DNA from: a virus
Taxonomy: Duplodnaviria > Caudoviricetes
DNA length: 64,000 nt
IMG/VR virus record: IMGVR_UViG_3300011113_000415
Reading direction: 5' to 3' (one strand)
The position numbers and the translations under genes were made by a program. Within the stretch, counting starts at the first letter, position 1, and each line of letters opens with the position of its first letter. Below are positions 9,565 through 18,772 of the stretch, piece by piece. The notes under the pieces were generated by a model. The model ran no database searches, was not told where the DNA came from, and was given only the letters and a program-made list of their open reading frames with translations.

Positions 9565-10181
9565 AATATATCTTTGTGGCCGGCGCACCAGGCTCTAAAT
9601 GGTCGAGTGTAGTTAAAAATATCTATTATTCACCAGATATTGACAGATCTGATTATTCAGATGCACGTACCTATTATCACGATGCGTCAGGAAAATACGA
9701 CTTGATGCATCTGGGTGCATATTTTGACCCTGGAATGGAATTTGGCAATTTCTTTGATCAATTGGATCAGTACACAAAAGAACAATGTGAAACAGAATTT
9801 GATAGACCATTTTTGGGCACAGGTATACGCATTTTAAAAAGTCACGTGTTTGCCAATCATATTGATTATATCAAACAGACCTGGCCCGATTGTCCTATAG
9901 TGCTAGTGCATCGTGACGATGACGCTTGTTTGGGCTGGTGGGTCAAGTGCGGACATTTTGACATCACATATCCATTGTATCACGATTATTATCAAAACCT
10001 ACGAACCATGGCCGGTATAATTCGAGATCAAAATGAAGGTATACAACAGGCCGCATGGGATTATCCACGCAGACAGCCTCAGACCAATCGCGAATTGGCC
10101 AGGATTTTGGCCATTGCAGAACCGCCTGAGGGCTACGAACAACACTATATACAACACAACATTCGAGTGAGAGTAATATGA
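9561..10181 (+). CDS. P-loop/sulfotransferase-like protein
   Basis: IFVAGAPGSKWSS loop; ILKSH and IVLVHRD segments typical of the sulfotransferase fold. Confidence 0.5.
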   Translation: MKYIFVAGAPGSKWSSVVKNIYYSPDIDRSDYSDARTYYHDASGKYDLMHLGAYFDPGMEFGNFFDQLDQYTKEQCETEFDRPFLGTGIRILKSHVFANHIDYIKQTWPDCPIVLVHRDDDACLGWWVKCGHFDITYPLYHDYYQNLRTMAGIIRDQNEGIQQAAWDYPRRQPQTNRELARILAIAEPPEGYEQHYIQHNIRVRVI

Positions 10182-10828
10182 ATTCCAGTTGGGACATCAG
10201 CCGAGCATTAAGTACCTATCATTTTGATAGCCAAATCATTGATCAACCCCAAGATGTTGTACACTATTTGGGTCGCATCGAACCCACGTGGCTGGCAGAT
10301 CTTGAGGATATTGTGGCCAATTCCAGGCCTGCAACCTGGGCCACACGTGGTTACAAAGGCGAAGGCATTGAAGCACCGTCAGAAGAACTAGAACGAGAAC
10401 TGTATGATTTGACACGACACGGCATGAGTACAGATTTGCCAATCACACACCTAAACTGGCGCATACCCGAAAGTCTGCAACGCATCAGCGACGCATTTGC
10501 CTTGGATTCTTGCATGGATCGCATACATGTTCAGCGTCCCGGAGAAGTGTGGAATAGACACATTGACAAATTGGCCAAGTGGGCGCCAGATCATCCTGAC
10601 ACTGTCATGCGAATCATGATACAACTCACAGACTGGCAGCCAGGGCAGTTTTGGGAATACGGCAATTATCACTACAATCACTGGCGTGCCGGAGATGTCA
10701 CAACATTTGACTGGGCCAACATTCCGCACTGCACAGCCAATGCTGGACATCATGCCAGAGTCACACTTCAATTGACCGGAATTAAAACAGCCGCTACCAT
10801 GGATTATCTAGCACAATTGCCGCTATGA
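10178..10828 (+). CDS. 2OG-Fe(II)/cupin oxygenase (Asp/Asn beta-hydroxylase-like)
   Basis: RIHVQRPGEVWNRHID (HxD), distal H in PHCTANAG, R in ARVTLQ. Confidence 0.65.
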   Translation: MNSSWDISRALSTYHFDSQIIDQPQDVVHYLGRIEPTWLADLEDIVANSRPATWATRGYKGEGIEAPSEELERELYDLTRHGMSTDLPITHLNWRIPESLQRISDAFALDSCMDRIHVQRPGEVWNRHIDKLAKWAPDHPDTVMRIMIQLTDWQPGQFWEYGNYHYNHWRAGDVTTFDWANIPHCTANAGHHARVTLQLTGIKTAATMDYLAQLPL

Positions 10829-11448
10829 AGACTTTGTTGATCATGACAGGGCCGCAAGGTTCGGGCAATCACATGTGGTCAAAAATCTTTGCCTTGCATC
10901 CTGAAGTTCACGGCTGGCGGGCCCTGCTGGATCAATATTGGATAGGTCACGACCAAGAACCTTTTGCCAAGTACTGGGCCAATCCTGATTTATTAGAGAG
11001 TTTTGAATGGCAACACCGCTACTATGTGACGTCTATCAGTGTGCCTTACATGAACAATGGCACTGCAACCAAGCCCAACATTGTGCGTTTTGCCGCCTGC
11101 GCCATGGGAGCAGGATTGCGAGTCAAGATTGCTATCTTGGGACGTGATCGCAATATTGTCGATTATCAACAAATACGGGTGCGCGGAGCCAGCACACATG
11201 AACAGGCCTTGGCTGAATATCAAAAGTTGACATCTTGGCAACCCACATATTTGAGTTATGAATTGTTGTACATGTATGGCAGTGACTATTTGCGTCGATT
11301 GAGTGATCAATTAGAATTTCCAATTGCCTACAATGATCCCAGACTAAAAGAAATCATGGCCGAGGACACAAACAGTAAATATTTTACGGCTATTGATTAT
11401 CACCCTACAGATGATTTAGCACGCTACGCTTCAAGGAAACACCGATGA
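10825..11448 (+). CDS. P-loop/sulfotransferase-like protein
   Basis: IMTGPQGSGNH loop; ILGRD; YLSYELL. Confidence 0.5.
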   Translation: MKTLLIMTGPQGSGNHMWSKIFALHPEVHGWRALLDQYWIGHDQEPFAKYWANPDLLESFEWQHRYYVTSISVPYMNNGTATKPNIVRFAACAMGAGLRVKIAILGRDRNIVDYQQIRVRGASTHEQALAEYQKLTSWQPTYLSYELLYMYGSDYLRRLSDQLEFPIAYNDPRLKEIMAEDTNSKYFTAIDYHPTDDLARYASRKHR

Positions 11449-12287
11449 AAACCACCCGACGCATATTGATAATGGGCCTGCCAGGAGCAGGCAAAACTTA
11501 CTTTGCCGAACGACTAAAAAAATATTTAGAAGATCATATCAAACCCATAAATGAACACAGTCTGCGACCCATTGCAGATGCACAAGTCTCTGTGACCTGG
11601 TTCAATGCTGATGACATACGCAAAAAGTACAATGACTGGGATTTTTCACACGAAGGTCGCATACGTCAAAGTATCCGCATGCGAGACCTGGCGGATGAGT
11701 CTGGTTCTGATTATGCCATTGTGGACTTTGTGGCACCGCTAGTGGAAATGCGCAACAATTTCAAAGCCGACTGGACCATCTGGATTGACACTATAGAAAA
11801 AGGTCGCTTTGAAGACACAAATAAGATATTTGTGCCACCCGAAGTTTATGATTTCCGCATTACAGAACAGGCCGCAGAAAAATGGTCAGAATTTGTAGGC
11901 GAGCATATTGTGGAAAATAGACGAAGACCCGTTTTTGACTGGCAAAAGGAAACTGTGCAGATGCTGGGCCGCTGGCAACCTTGGCATCAAGGACATCGTG
12001 CCTTGTTTGAACGTGCTATTGCCAAGACCGGACAGGTTGTGATACAAATACGTGACTGTCAGGGCTGGCAAGGAACCAATCCCTTTGCCATAGAACAAGT
12101 TAAATATTTCATACAGCGGGACCTAGATCCTGTATATCAAGGACAGTATGAAATTCAAGTTGTTCCTAATATTGTTAATATCACTTACGGTCGCGATGTC
12201 GGTTATCGTATCGAACAAGAGTCCTTTGATGAACAGACTACCAATATCTCAGCGACCAAGATAAGAAAGGCCATGGGCCTTGAATAA
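11445..12287 (+). CDS. Fusion: adenylylsulfate-kinase-like P-loop kinase plus HxGH nucleotidyltransferase
   Basis: GLPGAGKT, NADDIRK, DFVAP, FEDT..IFVPP (CysC-like) then MLGRWQPWHQGH and ISATKIR (HIGH/KMSKS-type). Confidence 0.75.
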   Translation: MKTTRRILIMGLPGAGKTYFAERLKKYLEDHIKPINEHSLRPIADAQVSVTWFNADDIRKKYNDWDFSHEGRIRQSIRMRDLADESGSDYAIVDFVAPLVEMRNNFKADWTIWIDTIEKGRFEDTNKIFVPPEVYDFRITEQAAEKWSEFVGEHIVENRRRPVFDWQKETVQMLGRWQPWHQGHRALFERAIAKTGQVVIQIRDCQGWQGTNPFAIEQVKYFIQRDLDPVYQGQYEIQVVPNIVNITYGRDVGYRIEQESFDEQTTNISATKIRKAMGLE

Positions 12288-12504
12288 GTACCACGTGAGA
12301 TTCAATACCAAGCACAATGGTTCTGAACTAGTATGGCGTGTGTTTGAAAATGGTATTGAACACCTAGCCAAAGATGTAAGATTGGTGGGCGAAACCTTTA
12401 CAGAATGCACACACGAACATGGCGAAACCAAATGGAATATCGCCTGTGCGGGCCGTTTAATATGGGTAGATAACGTAGCGGTAATTGTGACCGGCAAGGA
12501 CTAG
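12280..12504 (+). CDS. Hypothetical protein
   Basis: 74 aa ORF overlapping the previous stop, operon-like. Confidence 0.55.
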   Translation: MNKYHVRFNTKHNGSELVWRVFENGIEHLAKDVRLVGETFTECTHEHGETKWNIACAGRLIWVDNVAVIVTGKD

Positions 12505-12530
12505 CCAACCCACGAGACCCTGACTGCAAC

Positions 12531-12536
12531 TAAATA
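12531..12536 (+). promoter_or_regulatory. Putative late promoter motif TAAATA inside a small palindrome
   Basis: caactaaatagttg immediately before ATG 12542. Confidence 0.5.
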
Positions 12537-12541
12537 GTTGA

Positions 12542-12985
12542 ATGTGGATCTTACACTTTCTTCCTGATTCAGTTATTGTATGGTTTTGCAATATCCTGCT
12601 CCTAGCGGGCATTGTGGCCACTATTGCAGGTTTTTTTGCACATCGCATTCCTGGACTTTGGCAGTATCAACTAGCATTCAAAATAGGTGGCATTTTGCTG
12701 TTGGTCTTGGGTGTTTATTTCCGTGGCGGATTGGCCGTGGAACAGGAATGGCGCGAGCGTGTGGCCGAAGTTGAAAAACGATTGCAAGTGGCCGAAGCAC
12801 AGGCTGCCGAAGCCAATCAACAAATAGAAAACAAAACACAACAACGAGTCACACAAATTCGTCAGCGCATGACCTACATCAAACAGTATGTGGATCGAGA
12901 AGTTGTACGATACAACGATCAATGCCAGATTCCTCAGGCATTTGTTCGTGCTCACAATCAAGCCGCGGAAGCACCTGCCAAATGA
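12542..12985 (+). CDS. i-spanin-like (Rz) membrane protein
   Basis: N-terminal TM helices then coiled coil; followed by a lipoprotein. Confidence 0.6.
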   Translation: MWILHFLPDSVIVWFCNILLLAGIVATIAGFFAHRIPGLWQYQLAFKIGGILLLVLGVYFRGGLAVEQEWRERVAEVEKRLQVAEAQAAEANQQIENKTQQRVTQIRQRMTYIKQYVDREVVRYNDQCQIPQAFVRAHNQAAEAPAK

Positions 12986-13245
12986 AATATGTTTTGCTTG
13001 CTCTAGTGTTGTCGGGCTGTAGCACAGTGGTTCCTGTCACAGCCAAATGGCCTGATCCTCCAGGCAAAGGCGCAATGACAGCATGTCCTCATTTGCAAAA
13101 ATTAACAGATGGCGCAAAATTAAGTGATGTTGCAAACACAGTGTCGGTAAACTATAACACCTATTATGAGTGTGCAGTCAAAGCAGATGCCTGGCAGGAG
13201 TGGTATCAAGTTCAAAAGCACATATTTGAAGGTGCTGGTCGATGA
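12982..13245 (+). CDS. o-spanin-like (Rz1) lipoprotein
   Basis: ATG 12982 MKYVLLALVLSGC lipobox; Pro-rich mature part. Confidence 0.65.
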   Translation: MKYVLLALVLSGCSTVVPVTAKWPDPPGKGAMTACPHLQKLTDGAKLSDVANTVSVNYNTYYECAVKADAWQEWYQVQKHIFEGAGR

Positions 13246-14228
13246 AAATCTCTGATGTGTTGACAGAAGCAGTGCCTGTGTCGGCACCATCAAATGTGGG
13301 TCGCGACTACATCAACATGCTGAACTTTGTCAAAAGCAGTGGCCTGGAAAACGTGCCGCAAGATCAGCAGGTGGCAGTGGCCTTGTTTAAAGAACTGCAA
13401 AAGCAACAGCAAAAGAACACACAACTAGGGCGTGAACTCAGTGCCGCAGAGCGGCGCATTGATCAAGCCATGCAAAGCGATGACCTGCGTGATCAAGAAT
13501 TGGCCTCACACGAAGCCGAACTTGAACGTGAACGTGGTGAAATTGAAAAGCAACAACAAAAAATGGGTCAAATTGATCAAGCCTATGCAGGTCGTGCGCA
13601 GGCCAGTGAGCGTCAAATGCAGGCCTTGACAACACAGTTGGCTCAATTGAAAGACAAACCAGGTGTGGACAAAAGCACCGCAGAACAATTGCAAAATCAA
13701 ATTGAGAAATTGCGAAAAGAAGGCATTGGTCAAGACAAATTAAAAGAACTGCAAAAGAATATTGAATCAATTCAAAGCATGCAACAGGTAGATGATTCGG
13801 TAATTCGAGACCTGGTTGCCAAAATTCAGTCTGCAGAGTCTATTGCCGCTGACGCAGTCCAAACCAAACAAAAATTAAGTCAGGACCTGGAACTCAAGAC
13901 CCAGGCAGCCTTGGACCAAGTGGCACAAATGCGACAGGATTTGCAAAGATTACAACAAGTTGAGAAGAAAGTGGCCAGCCTTGATAAAGAACTAAGTGAT
14001 CTGGAAATTGAATACAGCGACACTACTAAATCGGTCATGGATCTTGAACAAAATGTGTATCGCATAGACACTGCAATGACGGCAAGGAATCAGGCAGCCG
14101 CTGCCAATATAGCACGACAAATAAAACAAAATCCTCAGGCAGCGGCAACACAAGTACAAAAAACCCCGGCGTTAGAGCCATTGGCCGAATCGAGTTTTCG
14201 CAAATTAATTCGATGGGCCACCAAATAA
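13242..14228 (+). CDS. Long coiled-coil protein with capsid-targeting-like leader
   Basis: MKISDVLTE leader; Q/E/K-rich heptads; C-terminal LAE/SSFRKLIRW. Confidence 0.7.
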   Translation: MKISDVLTEAVPVSAPSNVGRDYINMLNFVKSSGLENVPQDQQVAVALFKELQKQQQKNTQLGRELSAAERRIDQAMQSDDLRDQELASHEAELERERGEIEKQQQKMGQIDQAYAGRAQASERQMQALTTQLAQLKDKPGVDKSTAEQLQNQIEKLRKEGIGQDKLKELQKNIESIQSMQQVDDSVIRDLVAKIQSAESIAADAVQTKQKLSQDLELKTQAALDQVAQMRQDLQRLQQVEKKVASLDKELSDLEIEYSDTTKSVMDLEQNVYRIDTAMTARNQAAAANIARQIKQNPQAAATQVQKTPALEPLAESSFRKLIRWATK

Positions 14229-14241
14229 AAAGGAAAAACAA

Positions 14242-14859
14242 ATGAGTACAATCTTGACAAAAGACCAACTAAAACAAATGGTCAAGAATCCTTACATTGA
14301 CCACTGGTACGACGTACTGGAACAATTGCTGGATGACTATGACATCAACACCCCGCTACGTGTTGCACATTTTGTTGCTCAATGCGCACATGAGTCAGGA
14401 AATTTTGTTTTTATCAAAGAAAATCTTAATTACAAGGCGGCCAGCCTACAAAAGATTTTCTCGAAGTATTTCCCCACAGCCGAATTGGCGGCACAATATG
14501 CCAACCGGCCCGAACAGATTGCCAATAGAATCTATGCCAATAGAATGGGCAACGGTTCGGAAGCGTCAGGTGACGGATATAGATACTGCGGGCGTGGCCT
14601 TATACAATTGACCGGCAAGGACAACTACACATTCTTTGCAGGCTCATTAGGCATCAGTGTGGAAGAAGCCTCAGAATATCTGGCCACATTTGAAGGTGCC
14701 GCACAAAGTGCCTGCTGGTTCTGGGAACAAAACAATTTAAATAGATTCGCAGATGCAAATGACGTCAAAGGGTTAACAAAAGCAATTAATGGTGGCTATA
14801 TTGGCTTAGATGATCGCATCAGTCATACAGAACATGCATTACACGTACTAGGTGCCTAA
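14242..14859 (+). CDS. Glycoside hydrolase family 19 endolysin
   Basis: FVAQCAHESG, ENLNY, YCGRGLIQLTGKDNY, TKAINGG. Confidence 0.9.
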   Translation: MSTILTKDQLKQMVKNPYIDHWYDVLEQLLDDYDINTPLRVAHFVAQCAHESGNFVFIKENLNYKAASLQKIFSKYFPTAELAAQYANRPEQIANRIYANRMGNGSEASGDGYRYCGRGLIQLTGKDNYTFFAGSLGISVEEASEYLATFEGAAQSACWFWEQNNLNRFADANDVKGLTKAINGGYIGLDDRISHTEHALHVLGA

Positions 14860-15852
14860 TTGCCTTTGCCCTCAATTAACAGTCACAATTCATGGTCACT
14901 GTTAGAAGAGGTTTGGTTAGGAGATGTATATCCTGTGGAGTGGTACGAACATCTTGCACCCCAAGTGAGAGATGTTTTTCAAAAACTAACCCAAATCACT
15001 CAACAAGATCTTTTGCTTATTCAACGCACAATTGAGTCATTTGGGGTAGTTGTACGTAGACCACAATTCAACAGTATAGACGACCACTTGGTCCGGGATG
15101 TGTTGCAAAAACCTCCTGTTGTGCCCAGGGATGATTTTGTAGTGGTAGGCAATTGTTTGCACCACACAAACTGTATCAATCCAGCATGGTCTTGGATCGT
15201 AGACCAATATCGCCAGGACTCTGCAAGTCAAGTTCGAGCCAGCCCGCACAACTGTGTACATGGCGCAAATGTTGTGCGTGTGGGTCGTGACATTGTGTTG
15301 GACACAGACGTGTTTGATATTGAATACAATAACTGGTGGCCTGACTATCGAGTACAGATGGAAAAAAATGGCGGACACATGGACGGGTGTTTTGCTGTGC
15401 TACGACCAGGTTTGATCTTGGCCAATCACTATTTTGACGGATATGATCGTACTTTTCCTGGTTGGGAAATATTATATCTAGATAATCCCACATATCACGC
15501 ACACCCCAGCACAGGCTACCAACAGCCATATCCGGTGTACAACGGCAAATTTTATGATACTACTGTGGGCACAAACAAAATGTTCAATGAACACATTATT
15601 CAACATGCTCTTGATTGGGTGGGCAATTACACAGAAACCTACTTTGAATTAAATTGCTTGAGCATAGATGAATCAAATGTGATTATGTTAGCAGAAAATG
15701 AACATTTGGCCAATGATCTAAGTCGTCGAGGCATCACTGTACACTGGGTTCCGTTTAGAACACGCAGTTTTTGGGATGGGGCTATGCACTGCTTGACTGT
15801 GGACATACGGCGTCAAAGTACCATAGAGGATTTTTTTGCTGAGCGTGGTTAA
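14860..15852 (+). CDS. Amidinotransferase (pentein family; glycine/inosamine-phosphate amidinotransferase-like)
   Basis: LEEVWLG, PRD, GHMDGCF, GAMHCLT catalytic Cys, R-x-x terminal motif. Confidence 0.8.
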   Translation: MPLPSINSHNSWSLLEEVWLGDVYPVEWYEHLAPQVRDVFQKLTQITQQDLLLIQRTIESFGVVVRRPQFNSIDDHLVRDVLQKPPVVPRDDFVVVGNCLHHTNCINPAWSWIVDQYRQDSASQVRASPHNCVHGANVVRVGRDIVLDTDVFDIEYNNWWPDYRVQMEKNGGHMDGCFAVLRPGLILANHYFDGYDRTFPGWEILYLDNPTYHAHPSTGYQQPYPVYNGKFYDTTVGTNKMFNEHIIQHALDWVGNYTETYFELNCLSIDESNVIMLAENEHLANDLSRRGITVHWVPFRTRSFWDGAMHCLTVDIRRQSTIEDFFAERG

Positions 15853-15873
15853 ATACATCACAAGGAAGAAATC

Positions 15874-16434
15874 ATGGCAGAACAAAAACAAGAAACAAAA
15901 CCATTATCACGTTCAGAACGTGAAGCACAAATCAAAGACAAGGCTGGATGGGTCATTGTTGTGCTGGCCGCACTACTGGCCATTAACACATACCTGGGTA
16001 ATGGCAACTCTGGAAAAGTGTTGAACAATACCATTGACGCCAACAACACCTGGGCATTCTATCAAGCCAAATCAATCAAAGGTACCTTGGCAGAAATGGC
16101 ACTTGATGATGCACTGGCACGCAAAGATGTGAACAAGGCTGCCGCTCTCAGCAAAAAGATTGCACGTTATGAATCTGACCCTGCCACAGGTGAAGGCAAG
16201 AAAGAACTAATGGAAAAGGCCCGTGGTTTAGAAGCAGATCGTGCGGTGGCAAAGTCACGTTCACCTTGGTATACATTTGCTGGATCCCTGTTTCAAATTG
16301 CCATTGTGCTATTATCTGCTAGTATCTTGGCAGTGAACAATCGTCTTTATGTGGCCAGTTTATGGGTAGGCGGTGCCGCAATGATCTTGATGAGCCAGGC
16401 CATTTGGCTTTGGATACCTACAATAGGACTATAA
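15874..16434 (+). CDS. Membrane protein (DUF4337-like)
   Basis: TM helices; NNTWAFYQAKSIK; LFQIAIVLLSASIL; TAAATA at 15850. Confidence 0.6.
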   Translation: MAEQKQETKPLSRSEREAQIKDKAGWVIVVLAALLAINTYLGNGNSGKVLNNTIDANNTWAFYQAKSIKGTLAEMALDDALARKDVNKAAALSKKIARYESDPATGEGKKELMEKARGLEADRAVAKSRSPWYTFAGSLFQIAIVLLSASILAVNNRLYVASLWVGGAAMILMSQAIWLWIPTIGL

Positions 16435-16435
16435 T

Positions 16436-17194
16436 ATGCCAATAAACATCGGCCCCGGAATTAACTTTGGTCCAGGTATCACAGTTGCCGCAGAGCCATC
16501 TCTCTACACACCATTAGCGGGCAGTCTACAGTTCAACGGGAGCAGTCAATATCTCAGTATGTCGCCAGGATTTGCATTGTCATCTGGGGCATATACCATA
16601 GAAGGTTGGTTCTACAACAACAGTTCTTATGCCACTCAAAAGGCATTGGTTGCCACAGATCAAACAGGTGCTCTAAGTCTATTCAACAATGATGCACAGT
16701 CATTTACCCTGGACAAATATGGTGGCTTGGGTGCCAGGACTTACACTTTTCCTACCAATACCTTGCAGATCAACAAGTGGCAGTACATCATACTCAACCG
16801 CAATGCCAGCACTCAGGTAGAAACCATGTGGGTCGGCACCTTTGTTGATACTAGTTCACTGGTAACTTGCAGTCGTGCTACCGCTGCCGCGGGTGGTTCC
16901 AGCATCAGTGGAGGAACACAGGTCAACAATCTTGATTACACAGGGGTCTGTAACTGGATAGGTAGATTCTATGGGGGATATTGGCCCGGTTATATCACCA
17001 ACCTCAGAGCCACCGTGGGTGCGGCTGTGTATGACAGTACCAACGCCACAGTGACAGCGCCGGCGGCACCGTTGACTTCGGGTGCAAATACCAAGTATTT
17101 AATGTTGGGTGCGGCAGTGACCACAGACACATCGGGCACACAAACTGTTACTAATAACGGTACAGTGACACAAACTTCAACTGTACCATTCTAA
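16436..17194 (+). CDS. Concanavalin A/LamG-like structural protein
   Basis: GSLQFNG, YTIEGWFY, WQYIIL, GYITNLR; Thr/Gly-rich. Confidence 0.65.
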   Translation: MPINIGPGINFGPGITVAAEPSLYTPLAGSLQFNGSSQYLSMSPGFALSSGAYTIEGWFYNNSSYATQKALVATDQTGALSLFNNDAQSFTLDKYGGLGARTYTFPTNTLQINKWQYIILNRNASTQVETMWVGTFVDTSSLVTCSRATAAAGGSSISGGTQVNNLDYTGVCNWIGRFYGGYWPGYITNLRATVGAAVYDSTNATVTAPAAPLTSGANTKYLMLGAAVTTDTSGTQTVTNNGTVTQTSTVPF

Positions 17195-17203
17195 GGAACA
17201 GCA

Positions 17204-17899
17204 ATGGCAATTGTAATAGGACCAGGAATCACAGTAGGACCAGGAATCTCAATAACTTCCGCAACTGCCTATGTGACTTCGGGACTTATTACCTATCTCG
17301 ATGCTGGTGACAACGCCAGTTATCCTGGCACAGGAACCACTTGGACTGACCTAAGCAGTGCAAGCAACAACTTTACTTTGACCGCCGGTCCTCCTTGGAC
17401 CAGTGCTGGCGCACAGAGTTATTTCACAATGGCTGGTGGATATGCTGTGAGTACGGCTATTTTGCCGGCTGCCGCATACACCAAGATAGCCGTGTTCTAT
17501 GTGACTGGAAACTTTCTAAACCTCATCAGTGGCGGAGTTACCAGTACTGATCATGCGTTCTGGGGCAACAACAGTCAATTTCTACAGGCCGGACATAACA
17601 GTGCTTGGTCAACTGTGGTTAGTCCTGTTACCACACCATTGAACCAATGGGTCTACGGAGCAGTAAGTTTCAACACCTCAACCGGTTGGCGACTGTATCT
17701 AAATCAAAATACTCCAGTTACCGATGCCAGCACAACCACATTCTCGCCCACGCCAGCAGTGTGTCAAGTTGGTGCGTATCAAGGCGGTAACTATCTAGGC
17801 GGACGAATGGCAGTGAGCATGATCTACAATCGTGTGTTATCAGACAGTGAAATCACGCAAAACTACAACTATTTCAAGACTAGATATAGTATAGCCTAA
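17204..17899 (+). CDS. Concanavalin A/LamG-like structural protein
   Basis: YLDAG..SYPGTGTTWTDLS, WVYGAV, MIYNRVLSDSEITQNY. Confidence 0.7.
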   Translation: MAIVIGPGITVGPGISITSATAYVTSGLITYLDAGDNASYPGTGTTWTDLSSASNNFTLTAGPPWTSAGAQSYFTMAGGYAVSTAILPAAAYTKIAVFYVTGNFLNLISGGVTSTDHAFWGNNSQFLQAGHNSAWSTVVSPVTTPLNQWVYGAVSFNTSTGWRLYLNQNTPVTDASTTTFSPTPAVCQVGAYQGGNYLGGRMAVSMIYNRVLSDSEITQNYNYFKTRYSIA

Positions 17900-17928
17900 A
17901 TCTCAATAAATATCTGAAAGGGGCTAGC

Positions 17929-18474
17929 ATGGCAGAAGAACAAAAATCAATAAGCGACTCAGAAAAGAAAAAAGAAGACTGGATGAACTCTAAATGGCGT
18001 CCGGCCATGGGTTGGATGTACATGTTGACATGTGTCACTGACTTTGTTATCTTTCCTATTCTTTGGAGTTTGTTACAAACTGTCATGAAACAACCAATCA
18101 CACAATGGCAACCACTCACACTACAAGGCGCTGGACTATTCCACATTGCCATGGGTGCTGTGTTAGGTATAGCGGCCATGGGACGCACACAAGAAAAACT
18201 AGCAGGAGCAAACAATGGCGGAGCAGGCACAACCACATCATCAAGCGGCGGTTCAGCATTTGGCTTACCTACAACAGGCCCAGCGCCAGTCACCAACAGT
18301 TGGGGATCACAGCCATTGGGTGGCAACGGCGGAAGCACGTTTGGAAGCGCACCTGTCACAGCACCAGCGTCAGGCTCTGGTAGCAGTGCAGGATTTGGAG
18401 CACCAGCGGCTGAAGTCACTACCGGGTTCGGGGGCAAACCAGCACCTGTAATTCCACCATTCCCAGAAAAGTAA
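17929..18474 (+). CDS. Holin-like protein (3-TM GTA-holin type)
   Basis: WMNSKWRPAMGW motif, TM segments, Gly/Ser-rich tail; ATAAATA at 17906. Confidence 0.6.
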   Translation: MAEEQKSISDSEKKKEDWMNSKWRPAMGWMYMLTCVTDFVIFPILWSLLQTVMKQPITQWQPLTLQGAGLFHIAMGAVLGIAAMGRTQEKLAGANNGGAGTTTSSSGGSAFGLPTTGPAPVTNSWGSQPLGGNGGSTFGSAPVTAPASGSGSSAGFGAPAAEVTTGFGGKPAPVIPPFPEK

Positions 18475-18488
18475 AAAGGAAAATCAAA

Positions 18489-18722
18489 ATGAAAAATGTC
18501 ATGTTTGTAGCAGGCCTAATGTTTTGTGTGCCAGCCTTGGCTGCTGACTCACACTCAGCAGATGTGGCCAAGGCAGAGGCAGCCAAAACACAGAAAGAAA
18601 CCAAACGGGTGTGTGTAGATCAAATGAAAGACGGCAAGCCTGTCAAGGATGCCAAAGGTGTTGTCAAACAAACTTGTAAAGAAGTCAAGCAACACAAAAA
18701 ACTAGAAGTCGAAAAGAAATAA
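18489..18722 (+). CDS. Small secreted protein
   Basis: Signal peptide (ALA-A), Lys-rich with two Cys. Confidence 0.55.
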   Translation: MKNVMFVAGLMFCVPALAADSHSADVAKAEAAKTQKETKRVCVDQMKDGKPVKDAKGVVKQTCKEVKQHKKLEVEKK

Positions 18723-18737
18723 TACACACCGCCCCGC

Positions 18738-18768
18738 AAGTCCTTTATAATTAAAACATACAGGACTT
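18738..18768 (+). promoter_or_regulatory. Hairpin occluding the dnaJ RBS
   Basis: aagtcct (18738-44) pairs with aggactt (18762-68); AT-rich loop contains TATAATTA. Confidence 0.45.
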
Positions 18769-18772
18769 TTTC

